From Adineta vaga (taxonomy: Eukaryota; Animalia; Rotifera), in the NCBI GenBank assembly GCA_021613535.1, contig CP075493.1:9238001-9302000 (forward strand): DNA of 64,000 nucleotides. Reading direction: 5' to 3'. Both the position numbers and the translations under genes were made by a program. Shown here piece after piece: positions 43,737 to 56,745 of the stretch; the first letter of the stretch is position 1; every line of letters starts with the position of its first letter. The notes beneath the pieces were generated by a model. The model saw only the letters and a list, made by a program, of their open reading frames with translations, had not been told where the DNA came from and searched no databases.

Positions 43737-44527
43737 ATGTTACAAGAGGTAATTTGTATAATTAATATGTTGATTATGAAAAAATTCTTCTTCTAGACAT
43801 CAACTAGTGAACAAGAAGATGTTATGTTTGAGCAGAATTCATCAACATCCATGTCAACAAATGATGATTTAAAAGAATTATGTCTTCTATTGGATGAAGA
43901 AAGACATAAAATGCATCAATTAGCTGAACAATGGAAACATTTTGGAACAAGCACAATACTTAAACTTGAATCTCAAATCGTTGATTATCAAGAAAAATTA
44001 GGTGATCTTGAAGGCCGTCAAATCTTATTATTAAACGAAAATGAATCGCTTAAATCACATATTGAACAGATGACAATAACAAATCATCATCTGACAGGTG
44101 GAAATGTAAACAAAAAATTTCTTAAAATTCCGGAAGAAAAAATATATTTAATAAATTTTTAGAAAAAATCTCAACAAACAGTTTCAACACAAACATATTT
44201 TGAAAAATTCGAATCTCCATTAGAGGATCCACTTCAACAACAAATCTCTCTTCAAAATATGTTCGATGCTATAAAAGTAAAACAGCAAAATAAAAAAAAG
44301 AAATCAATTGTTTTTTATCTTTCGTTATTTTCATAGACTGCGGAAGTTTATGAATCCATTGGAAATATAACGGGTAATGACACATCCGAAAAACTTGTTC
44401 TGAAAGAGTTTTGTAATGTAAGTTAATCTTATTACCTTGTTAAAAACAACTAAGATCTATTTTCATATAGCTCATTTGGAAATATCTTGAAGAACGTTCA
44501 AAACCAAAAAGTAGTTGTTTAATATAA
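43737..44527 (+). CDS. CCDC85: CCDC85-like coiled-coil protein (short N-terminus)
   Basis: LKELCLLLDEERHK...QWKHFG...YQEKL...ENESLK and C-terminal EKLVLKEFCNLIWKYLEE resemble the two conserved CCDC85 blocks. Confidence 0.75.
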
Positions 44528-44619
44528 TTCATTGATTATCATTGTTTGTTTTTTCTTCTTCATTGTTGGCGTCTTCTTCTTCTTCTTCTGTAGTCAGATA
44601 GCACATGGATTGCATTTTG

Positions 44620-45082
44620 TCATTTATTTGTTTGAGTTAATATTAATAATAATAATAATAATAAATAAATACACCTCGTTAGAAAATGAGATGCTGAAGA
44701 TTTGATTGATTCTGAACGAATTTGTGAAAGTGTTGTTGAAAGTGTTGTTATTGTTAATAATGTTGTAGTTACTTGATGAACATATTCGATATCATCATCT
44801 TCATTGTAATAGTCATCATCAATATCTACGAAATCCTTCGTTTTTCGTAAATTATTTCTAAGATCATATTCTGCCTGTTCTGATTGGACCATTTTGATAT
44901 TGAGGAAGAATTATCGATGGAAAATAGACTCTAAATGTTGCATTGTATTCACATTGAATAAATCTAAAGAGAAAGATTTTGTTTCTTTATAGACTTGGAA
45001 AACACAGTACGAATGAGAATATAAACTATTACTTAATGAAAAAAAGAAGTTCCCAGAGAGAAATAATTAGCCAAAGTTGCAT
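44620..45082 (-). CDS. Putative small surface protein (acidic segment, Thr/Ser stalk, hydrophobic tail); 5' structure unresolved
   Basis: ORF 44620-44892 has a GPI-like tail. A signal-peptide-like exon MQLWLIISLWELLFFI starts at 45082, but the obvious splice is out of frame with the ORF. Confidence 0.4.
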
Positions 45083-46156
45083 GATGTTATGTTGAAAAAC
45101 AGTTCATCATTGTTGAGATAAACAAATGGAGAGAATCAATGTTTTACTATGAAGAAAAAATATGTCTGAGTAGTAGTTCATTCGAAAAGAGATTCTTGAA
45201 TAAAAGAAGAGGAATACAACAGGCGTTGATGTGTCAATTAGAAGAAACGACAGAACTTTCTCTCTCTCCCTCTTTCTATTTCTCTCTCATATTCATGTTC
45301 TCTCTCGTTCTTCTATATTTAGTAGGAGAAAAAATAGATCCGAAATTACCCTGGTTTATATATTTAGTCATCATTTTGTTTTCTACCTAGAGGGCTCTAC
45401 CATTAAACTATTCATAATAGATACTCGACTCATTAATTGCTATAATAGCTTATTGTAAAGCACCTGCGTTTTTACCACTCATGTCTTTTTTCATTTCCGC
45501 TTGATTCTAACGATAAACAAATGAAATGAGTGAAGCATCGAGAAAAAAATGAACAGATTCATCTTCATCTATCATCGTATTATTAATAAGAAAAGTGCGA
45601 GATCAAACCTTTGAAAATCTAATCGAAAAGTACTAGTGAAATGACATGTCAAAATACAACAAAGAATATAGATAAATATGACCTAATTGGTTCTTTCTAA
45701 GGTTTTATCTTTTTTGTATTTAGTCTTTTGATCATGACGACTAAAGCTTCAGTTTGAAGAGACTTATCATAACTGGGAAAAAAAGAACGGATTTCATCCG
45801 CAAATGTCACTCTTTTTCTTATTCTTCTCTCTTGTAATAAGGATAGAAACTAACCGTCCATGTTCATCCTTCGCACTATGCAAATGAAACTTCGAGCGAC
45901 AAGAAGAAAGATTTTGTCATTAGACACGCAATGACAATTAGTAAACGAGAAAAAAAACTTGTTAACGTCGTATAAACTTTTCGAATTAATTATCATTAAT
46001 CATAAAGAACAAAGAAATTTTATTTTGAATCATACAGATATTATCTAGTCTCCAATTAATTGTTAAAATCTAATAAATTCATATGAAGAAATAAAAATAA
46101 AACAAAACCGATGCGTAGTAGATATGTACAAAATAAGAACAATAAAAGAAAACCAA

Positions 46157-46633
46157 TTATTTTCGTCCACGTTTAACTAGTGTTTGTTCAGAAGAGTCTA
46201 ATATTAACCGACGTTTTTGTCCAATTGATACATTACCATCGGAAGTTGTTGATGTATTAGAATCATTAAGAACATTTCGACGTTGTTTGCCATCATGATA
46301 TTCATTCAATTTTGCTGTAAATAAATCACGTAAATATTCTAATGGTATTTTAATTCCGAGTTTAACACGATAACTTCCATCCATAAGAAAAAAACACGTT
46401 TGATTTCGAACATGATTTAACTGGGATGATTTGATATTAATTACATCTAATATATCAGGAACGCGAAGAAATACTCGAACATGATTGATAGCTTGAATAC
46501 GTATTAATTCGACAACTGGTTCACCTGTAAGATGTTTAACAATTAGATAGAAGTCATCATCTTTTAGTGATAAAATACTTGTTGGAAGAACGGATGTATC
46601 AATCCAAGGTTTATTAGTCGATGAGACAACCAT
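46157..46633 (-). CDS. 158-aa intronless protein with SAM-like helical domain and basic NLS-like tail
   Basis: ATG ORF; IDTSVLPTSILSLKDDDFY...IQAINHVRVFLRVPDIL...YRVKLGIK pattern, recalled as a multi-copy bdelloid hypothetical domain; KRR and KRGRK tail. Confidence 0.7.
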   Translation of the reverse strand: MVVSSTNKPWIDTSVLPTSILSLKDDDFYLIVKHLTGEPVVELIRIQAINHVRVFLRVPDILDVINIKSSQLNHVRNQTCFFLMDGSYRVKLGIKIPLEYLRDLFTAKLNEYHDGKQRRNVLNDSNTSTTSDGNVSIGQKRRLILDSSEQTLVKRGRK

Positions 46634-47060
46634 TACAAATCCAAGACACGACTGTTATATGATACGTGTGGAGTAAATAGATGAAAATGATTCTTTTTCT
46701 TGTTTTATCACGATATACTGACTGATATAAATAATGAAGCAGACGAACAAAAATAAATCGAGGAATTTTAGTGCTTCTCTTGTGATTTAAGGATATTATA
46801 TAGCATAACCATCGTGTTCTATACATGTGCTTCATATATGACAGTTTTGATTGATTTCTATGGGACGTATCTTGTTACTATGTCTAAGAAACATCTGTTC
46901 ATAAATTGCAAAAAACATTAATTCTTATTTTATTTTCTATTCTTTTCCGTTTTTTCATCAATAATAACAAAAACACACATGAAATAAGTTGTTTTCTTTT
47001 AAATAAATAAAACATTCTACAACTGCAGTACACATTTGAATGAAAAGAAAATCAAATTGT

Positions 47061-48700
47061 CTATCCATTGATTATATCCTTTTCAGGTGCAATATAAACA
47101 CCAGCACCCGATGGATTATTTCGTGAACCTGGAGTTGGTGTATATGTATCAATATCATCATAGCTAGGTAATAATGCTGCTCGATCACTTGCTGGCGTAC
47201 CAAAGCATTGACGATATATACTTATCCATACACCATTATAAATACCCATACCTATCATATACATTGATAATGTTTCGAATAAATTTCGAATGATCAAAGG
47301 TATACTTACCAATAACTAATAAAACAAATCCGAGAATTTGTAATGGAAAAAATTTTTGCCAACTTAATGCTAATGATACTGCCCAGATGATTAATGTTCG
47401 ACCACTATCAAGAACCATTCGTGTTGTTGATGATAATTCTTTTGTTACAGATATACCAGCAAAATTAAAAAATGCGATGGAAAAGATATTTCCTAAACAA
47501 AAATCAAACGAAAAGGAAAATCAAACGATCTATGTATTTTTCTATCTTTCATACCAATTGTTGCAATAATAATAATATAATTATTACCCATTTGACAGAA
47601 TGCTTCTGGAACATCTTCTAGTCGATGTTCTGGACCACTATTAGATCCTGGCATATGAATAAAATGAAACTAATCGAAAATAAATTAATTAAAATATTGA
47701 ACAAAATGAATCCTATACCGGAATTATAACTAAACCAAGAGTAAGAAAACCGAATATTCCTTCCCAACCAACAGCTTGTAAAGGTGGAATATTATATTTT
47801 CCAATAAACCGTTCTTCATAGACAACCTACATAGAATAAACCTAACAATTTTTTCATATATTAATCACTCATCATACTTGACCACTAGTAAATAACATGG
47901 CCAAGAGAATGAGAAGAATTCCAATAACTTTTTCACCACCTGAATGATTACCTTCCGTTGTTTTATCAAACAATAGATCAGACACACCCACAACAACCAA
48001 ACCACTAACGACAGTACCAATACCTAACCAATGCACTAAGGTTAGTTTCTTTTTTAGAAATAATATGCTAAATAATTCAAATAAATACAAATTCAATCAA
48101 TTTAATGACACTTTATTTTACCTCATTAAAGCGGTGAAAACCATCACTGAACCTCTTAACATTTGAAATGAACTCGCTGTTGTTAAATTCAAGGCAAAAT
48201 AAGATAAACATGTTGAAAGCATATCAAATATCGATGCTATCCAAAATATTAATGGATTAAAGACTTGTTCTCCATCGACTAACTGTATATCTTTCTTGAT
48301 ATTGATAGGCCAGATTCGAACAATTGCTGATGATGCATCACCTTTGTATGTCATTCGATCAATACGATATCGAGCAGTTGAATACCAAACAAATTTAAAT
48401 ACTAATAAACATAAAAATTCACCTAAGAACATACCAACAGCCTATAAAAAATGAGATTAATCTCCATTTGAAATACAATGATTTCTTACTTGAAGGAAAG
48501 GATGCTCAAATGTTATATTTCCACCTGATCCATCACAGAATTCCGATGTTTGTCTAGAGAAATTAACAGAACATAAATTTTCATTTTTAAAATAAAAATT
48601 ATGTCGAATACCGATCAGCCCATTTCGTTGATAGAGTATTTATCGTACCAGTCACTAACATCAAACCAGCAAGAAATAGTTGATATGGTGTAAAAGCCAT
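47061..48700 (-). CDS. SLC35F6: Solute carrier family 35 member F6
   Basis: N-terminus MAFTPYQLFLAGLMLVTGTINTLSTKWAD, FEHPFLQAVGMFLGE, SSFQMLRGS, QAVGWEG, FFNFAGISVTKELSSTTRMVLDS. Confidence 0.95.
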
Positions 48701-49511
48701 TATGATCTAAAACTATAGGCACGAAAAAAAAGATGAAAGTGTTCGCATCAACAAGAATTATTTGAATACAACTGAAAAGAAACAATATTCTTTTTCTTCT
48801 TCTTCTTTCATATTTGTTATCTTTATCTAATCATTTCACCTTGTCACCTATATGGGGTTTAAGATACACATATGAAAATGTCTTTGGACTTTTGTATAAT
48901 GCACATTGATGACTAATGTCTACGATTCTATATCATCAGTAAATTTATAAACATTTCATTTTATGTTGTTATGAAGAATAACGTTTGGAAAAATTGAGTT
49001 GTATTGTCCAGATAATTTTGATTTGTTAGATAACAAAATATAAGATTGTTTAATATTGATATAAGCAAGTGTTTTTTTTTGTCATGTAATATTTGCTTCA
49101 TTCTTGGTAGTAATGATAAGAATGATCTAGCAAAATCTAAATCTACGAGACCCTTTTATGAATGTTCAAGTATATATTTTTCCATTGCCAATTTTTGGTG
49201 CAGATATGAAACGTTTAGAGATTAGAAAAAAACGTTCGTCTAGGCGACTCCTCAATCTTTGATTTTAGTTTACATATTTTCATGGTATACAATCAGTGAT
49301 ACACTAGAGGATATTTTATGAATAAAAGTTTGTAGATTATGAACGCATACCAACTTCTTTCAATAATTCATTTCGTATTTTTTCACTGATGATGATACTT
49401 CGTTACTATGTTAAGATTAGATGTTATGTTGTTCTATTTGATCAATTCATATTTTCTTGTGGGTGTGAGTATCTGTCTGTCTGCGTCAGGGTCAAAGGTT
49501 AAATATCAAAC

Positions 49512-49584
49512 TACCCAGTCCAAGTCGACGATTCCGAGCATAGTTTCCGCCGTCGTATAAGGATGAAACGACCAAAACGCGACG
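49512..49584. mobile_element. Possible relic end of a non-autonomous DNA element (MITE-like)
   Basis: CpG-rich island in AT-rich intergenic DNA starting TACCCAG...GTCGACGATT with CGTCGTATA. It resembles my recollection of a common bdelloid repeat terminus; no second terminus or TSD found. Confidence 0.3.
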
Positions 49585-50034
49585 TTTATTTTGCCGTTCA
49601 ATGCCTAGGAGTAGTAGTTTTTATTTCGTTGACTCTATCATAATAATACACTGTTTCAAATTCACATGAAGTCTTTTATTATACTACATAATGTTCGAAA
49701 AAAGAAGCAAGAAAAACATGCGTTTTCACTATCAGTTGAGGGTGTGGGCGTAGGTGTAGCTATTCTTCATTCACACCCAAAACCTCAATAGCATATTTAT
49801 TGACATTTGAATAACGAAAAGCTCATGTCTCTAAATGAACCAATAAAATTTATTCTTGCCTTCAATTGAGTAAGAGTATAAATAAAGTTATCACATTCAT
49901 CTTTTAGTATGTAAGAGTGTGGGCATTGCTTATGATAATACTTGCATACACATCCCCACCCTCCAGTCGATTTTATTTTGAAAAACATACATTATTTAGA
50001 ATACAGAGGAATTCGATGGAACAGATCAGTTATT

Positions 50035-52185
50035 TTACTTTTCGGAAGCATGTCGCGTGTTTGCTGATTGTACAGTTGTCGTTTTATGTTTTGATTTTTT
50101 ACTGGCATTATTAATCTCAGGAAAATGTTGATTGACGGTTTGTAAAATTTTTTGATTGCGTTTTTTTATATCTTTTTCTTGTTGTTCTTGTCGAGCTTTT
50201 TGCAATCGATCACGTAATCGTTGTCGATGAATGACATCATTTAAATTTCTAAATACAAATCTTTACAAATAAATCTGTAGAAACATCATTTTTCATCATA
50301 CTTTAGTGTCAGAGGTTCAACTAATTGATCAGACGCGCGTTCTTCATGATTTTCTACTTTTTTCTTCTCAAATTTCTACAAATTATCGCAAATAATTTCA
50401 AATAAAAAATTGTTCATTTTCCTACTGAATTATTGAGAGAAAGTGCATTATCACGTTCTTGAACTTTTCTTTTATTTTGTAATAATCGAAAATAATCCAT
50501 TGGACGCCAACGTCGTTCATCAATATGTTGAATAACTTTACGTACAGAATCTGCTTTTGTTACTAAATATAACATGTAAAAGAATAGAAATTATAGCATT
50601 CTTCTGAATTAGAATCGACCATATATTTCTTTATTTACCCGTCTGCCGACCAATTACATCATGTACTGCTATTTCAAAATCGTATTTCATAACAAAATTT
50701 CTATTAGAAGCAATTTTCTCGGCAAGTCGAACAGTTTCAGAAAAGACAGCAACGCCCTAAAACATTTGTAGAATCATCACAAACTAAAATGTTCATCCTA
50801 CAGAAATATCCAGTGTTGAAACAACACTTTTTGGACTATTCAAAGCTTGAACAATATGTTGAACACCATGGGTTGTCAATGGATTGAATGATAGCTAAAA
50901 TATAAGAGTATATTTTTCTTTTTCGAATGACAATCATTATCTCACATTCAATAAATCTAATGTTGAGTTCTTTTGTAAACCTTCACTAATTAATTTTGCA
51001 CTTGTCCAATCAATATTACAATTACTAATATTTAAACGTTGTAAAACTTTATTCACAGCCAATACTCGACGCAGTGCAACACGCCATCATAACCTAAATT
51101 ACTCCATGATATATCAAAGTCGACTATCGTTCTATTTGCCTTTAAATAGGAAAAAGTTGATAAGAAATCTTTTTAATATGAATTATTAATTTTATAATTA
51201 CTTCAATTCCACGAAATAGAGCAATGGCAGCAAAACTTCGTATTAAATTCCAACCGACATTTAAATATGTTAAAGTATCGTTATTTGCTAAAATAGAAGA
51301 TAAATCGAACATTTCAAAGACGAAATCTTTCATTCATATACTTGATGCATTTGCAATAAAAATACATGCCATTTCTTCAAATTCATTTCCACTTAGGTTA
51401 ATTTCTATCAATGATCTATGTCGACATAGATCACCAATAGATCGACCATACGAATCTCGTATTCCACAATCAGCTAATGATAGACAAATTAATGATGAGA
51501 GATTCTTTATTCGATCAACTAGTTTTGTGAAAGATTCTTTATCAAGTTTATTACATGATAGATCCTAAAAAGTACAACAAAGTATGTTCATTGAATTTTC
51601 TTGAAAAAAACTTACTAATAAACCAAGTCGATTACATTTCTTCAATCCTTGACAAAGAACATTTATTGAACGTGAAGTTAAACCAACAGAACTTAATGTT
51701 AAACTTTCAAGATTTGCTTCTATTGCTGTTGATAATGCACGCATATCATTAAATGAAAATGATCGATTGATAATTGTTATATGATCACAAGATAGAAGAG
51801 TACGTAATTGCCAATCAATTGTTGTATCAAGTCTCTTACAGCTACTCTCATATATTTGAACTTGTCCTATTGAAAATAGAACAATCAATCGATTCGAATG
51901 ATACACCATTATTACCTTTAGTAGGTGAAATATTGCTTGGAATCGGAAGAAGTGTGATATTAACTGAATCAGATTCTCGATGAGGTTGGTATGGAAAACT
52001 CTTTTGACCAAATGTTTGATTAAAACGATTACTTCGATGTGCAAGAAGTTTTTCATCAAATGATAAACGTGGCAATACGTTATCTCTCGTATCATCTTTA
52101 AATAATCAAATTTCTGATTATTATTCGAGAAAAATGTATTTTTACCTGTTTCGTCATCGTCTAAGTCTGTATCGTAATCTTTCAT
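50035..52185 (-). CDS. LRRC74-like leucine-rich-repeat protein (RNI-like LRRs); contains a 1-nt frameshift at ~51082
   Basis: N-terminal DYDTDL motif; repeated LxxLxLSxNxI/LNVGWNLI/FDISWSNLG/LSFNPL units; the frame breaks after GYDG. Confidence 0.75.
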
Positions 52186-52474
52186 TTCTTTCAATTGTTA
52201 ATTAACATATGAAAACGTCCATGAAAAAAAGCAGCGATCATATTATTGTGATCGAGATTTTATTGACAGCCGAAAAACGTTATTCAATCGATTAGTAAAA
52301 GAAAAAAAAAGAAATTCTCTCTCTCTCTCGTTTTCCGACAAGACAATAATGATAACAATAATGTTTTTTCTCCTTTTTCGTTTCATATAGTTTTTCTTGT
52401 TTTTTTTTCATTCAAAAAGAACGTACAAACAAAAGACAAGCATATGTATTAGGATATATATGTATATAGTTCAT

Positions 52475-55400
52475 TTAATCTTGCATGTCTTCTGGAATTT
52501 CATGTGGATTAAGAATACCTAAATAGAAGGAAAATAGAAGAATTATTAATGAAATTTTAAAAGATTGAAACTTACCGGGAACACTCATTTGCACTTTACG
52601 TTTTTCTTCTGCTGCACGTTTTAATGTTTGTTCACGGTCTTCAAGATAAAGATCAGCTGTATCATTACCAGTTGCTTCACGTATTTGAACAAGAAAATCA
52701 CGTAAATGTTCTTTGAAACCTGCTATATCTTGATCGAATGTAACGAAACCTTCAATAATAACTTTTATCTGATTATCTTGTAAATGTGAAAAGGCTGTTT
52801 TTAATAAATTCGCCATAAATTGTTGAACATAAAGTAAATTTTGTGATGGATCTTGTACTTCAGGTGCTAAAGGAACTTTAATTAAACCTTGTTCAACAAT
52901 AACAAATAGATTTGCTAAGATTTGTGAGTGAGCTGTTAAACCTAAAAATAGATCAAATATATATTTGAAATCAAATTCTTCATTTTCAAGATTGATAAAG
53001 ATCAGGAGATCTCCATTGAATGTACGATTCTACTAAATCTAAGAATATTTCTTCTTACCTGATGTATGCGAACATTCAGCAACTACAGCAAAGATGTGTT
53101 GCATTGTTTCCAAATAGTAAACTTGATAAAATGTTTGTGCTGCTTGTGGATCACATGTTTGAAATTTTCTTAACATAATTTGTAAAATTTCTAAACCTAA
53201 TTCTGATATTGTTCGCATAGTATGTTTCAATGCCCACATAATTGAATCATAAACAAGTTTAAATTGTGTAGCATTCAACGCTAATAATGCTAAAAAACGA
53301 ATAATTTATATAGAAGACGAAAACTAAAATGAATAAAACATACCTGGAAAGCAAACATTGGTAACTGATTGAAGAAGTGTATAGAAATTCTTTCGATGAT
53401 CTGGATAATCTTCAAAATTTTTATCAATCATATGAAGTGTATGTTCAAATGTTAAATCAAATATTTCTGGTATACGAGGTGTTAATCGATCTTCAATTTT
53501 ATTGATTAATGTTGCTAACATAGTTAATACTTCAGATTCTCGAGCTTCAGCATGACAATCTCGATAATCAACTAAGACAAATGTGAATAATGGTGTTAAA
53601 AATTGATCAAGAATTTGTTGAACATTTGTTGCTTTGGAAAAGTAACTTCCAAGTAAAACTAATGTATCTTCTTTAACAGCCATCATGGATTTAATTAAAC
53701 GTTGTTTAACAACCATAGGTCCATTCATACGTATAGCTTGATTAATATTTTCCGATGTTACTTTGTATATATGCAGCATATCTTGATAAATTTTTGTTAA
53801 TTGATGAACATAAGGTGCGCCTAAGGCTTTTGAAGCACGAATATTTGTTTTAAGAATATTTAAAATATTACTAACAACTTCAGGATCTTTCAAACAATCA
53901 ACAGATTTCTTTGCTTCAGATATAATTGTAATCCAGACATCATTTGGTAATTGCATATATTTTTCAATTAATTTCGTTTGTTGAACATTATCAATACTAG
54001 CGGCAATCATGTTACCAACAGCTTCATAGAATGTATGAACTTGATGAGGTTCCAAATGACAAATAATGCCATTAATATTTGTTAAAATTTCATCAACAAA
54101 TGCTTGAGATTCACCTAATTGTATAGTAACAAAATGTCGACGACATTTTTGTGCAATTTTAATGAATGTATCACAAGCCATATCTTGTACACCTTCATGA
54201 GTTTCTGCAAAAGAAAAGAAAAATGTATTTTTAAACAAAAAAAAATAAGAATATTCTTTCTAGAATTTACCGTGCATGAATTCGAAAAGTTTGTTAACAA
54301 CTGTCTTAAGAAATTTCCAATGTGCACGAAGAAATCGAGGATATTGACCGACAACGTACATGATATTGGATGCAATGATAGCTTTATTATCTTTACCACG
54401 TTTTTGTTCACAGAGACCAAGTAATTCCTATGTAAAGAGAAAATTATAAAATGAAGAGAGAAAAAAAGTATTCAATTTACTTTAATAACAGTAACAAGAA
54501 AACGTTTTTCGTCGTCTTCAACCATTGCACCTGAGATAGAACCAATTGCCCAGCAAAGCTAACAAGATAAATAACTAGACGCTAGTTTAACAAAAAAAGA
54601 AAGAAACTCACTGTATTTAAATTTTTCCATGACCATTCGGTTCCATTAACTTGATTTGCTAATTTTTCTGTCATAATTGATTCTGTATCAACATAATCCA
54701 AATGAGTCAAGTAAACTGAAAAGAAAAAAACATCACATTTAAGCAATAAAGAACAATAGAAAAAGAAACATCTTATACCAAGTGTTTCACGCATATTTTT
54801 GTAAAGATTGATCGCATCTGTATCTTTCATAAATTCTCGTACAACTTCACCACGTTCGTTTTCTACAACAAGTACTTCTTCTGGTCGTGCCATACGTGAA
54901 ATCATTATTCGTCGAACCTAGAAGAAGATGAAATAAAACGAAATCATCAAAACTATACAATATTTTACTTTTGAAAGCATAACATTATAAAATTGACGTC
55001 GTGTTGGTACACTATTTGAACTACTTGTACGTAAATAGGATGGTGCTGTTTGTTGATATGGGACTTCACGATAGAGTTCCGCACTTAAAATATTCCAATA
55101 TTCCAAACATATTTTAAATATTTCAATTTCTTCAACTTCCGATGTTAAAACAAGATATTGTAATGCTTCCATTAATGTATCCTTTAGATCAGGTGTACGT
55201 TCAATTAGAATGCCATGTTCTTTTAAAAAATTCGATAGAAATAAAGCTAAATTTTGAATAAATCTTTGATCATCATCTTTAGCGGAACGATAAGCCGATT
55301 TTAAATCAATTGATAATGGCATAATCTAGAAAAAGAAAAGAAGTTTTGTGTATCTTTAAATATCTGATTTGATATTTTTAATCATTACTGTTTTCAATTG

Positions 55401-56745
55401 TGTCATTGTTCGACGAAAAAAATCAATAAATTTATCTTCGTACTGTGCAACTTGAATGCTTGCTAAAAAGACAAACAAATTGTTTTATCAGCTGAAACGA
55501 ATGATAGGTTAATTCATGAAATAGGAAATTCTCTTAGCAGGACAATGCTATATCTAATAAAATGATTTGTATATTTCCTAACTTAGTTTTCTCTCTCTCC
55601 TATATATTAAGATCATGAATGCATCGTGATTATACCTACCAATTTCAGTTAAACAACGAAGTGTTACATTGCGAAACATTGGGACTGTGAAAAATGTTTC
55701 AATCAATGTATTAACCATGTTTGTTTCAAATATATAACCGAGTGGAATCCAACTAAGAAAACGTAGAAGTGTTTCCAATGTTACCAAAAGCAATGGTGGA
55801 TGACGTGATTTATCCTAAACGAAAAGTAAAAAACAACAATAAAAGAAACGAATCTTCTTACCACAACATATTCGCAAAGTTGGAAAATTTTGGTGAATTC
55901 ATTACACATAGTATCTTTTAAATGCTTTGCTTTTGCTTGTGTCATTTGACCTGATGAAAAATCGAAGACTTCTTCACTAAAAGAAGGAAAACGAGAGACG
56001 AAATATGTATTAAACGAAATTAATGTCTTAAATTTAAATAAGTACCTGAGAAGTTTTAAAATTTCTAAATTGTTCTGACACATGGATTCACTTGTTTTAC
56101 TTGCTTCAACAATATCACTAATAAAATTTGGCCATTTCTTTGGCCATTCATGTTTTAGTATCTATATAAAAGACAAAAACATATTTTAAATGAAAACTAA
56201 TGATGAGACTATTTTTATGTACTTGTACGAGAATCACATTCAATTTATTTAAATAAACCTTTTCCCGTTCCATTAGTTCCGGATTTTGTGAATGTGAAAT
56301 AACCAAACTTACAATATATTGTTTAATAGCTAAAAACAGAAAATCCACACAATAATTTCTGATCATTTCGTAATAATTAAAACTTTCCTACCTTCACATT
56401 GTTCTTTTGGCAAAGCTTTCCAGCGTGTTTTAATTGTTTTCTCAAGAATTTGTAATGCATAATATTTTGTTTCTTGGCATTTGGAAAATTCTAAGATGCT
56501 ATCAACTTTAGTCCATGCATCCGGATGATCACGTAATACATTTAATACTTCGCTTGCTTGTCGTTGCTATAAAAAAAGAAGCATAAGTATACATAATTTC
56601 GGTGGAAAATTGAAATTTTTCATTCACTTACGGCATCACCTTGTCCTCGATACATTGTATTAACAACAGCATCAAGAACATTAACATCAAATGGTGATTG
56701 ACCATCGAAATTTAATAAAGTTTGGGCTTGTTCAAGTAATTGCAT
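52475..56745 (-). CDS. XPO1: Exportin-1 (CRM1)
   Basis: [55 protein letters not shown] (leptomycin-site Cys retained), [15 protein letters not shown]-terminal [16 protein letters not shown]. Confidence 0.98.
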
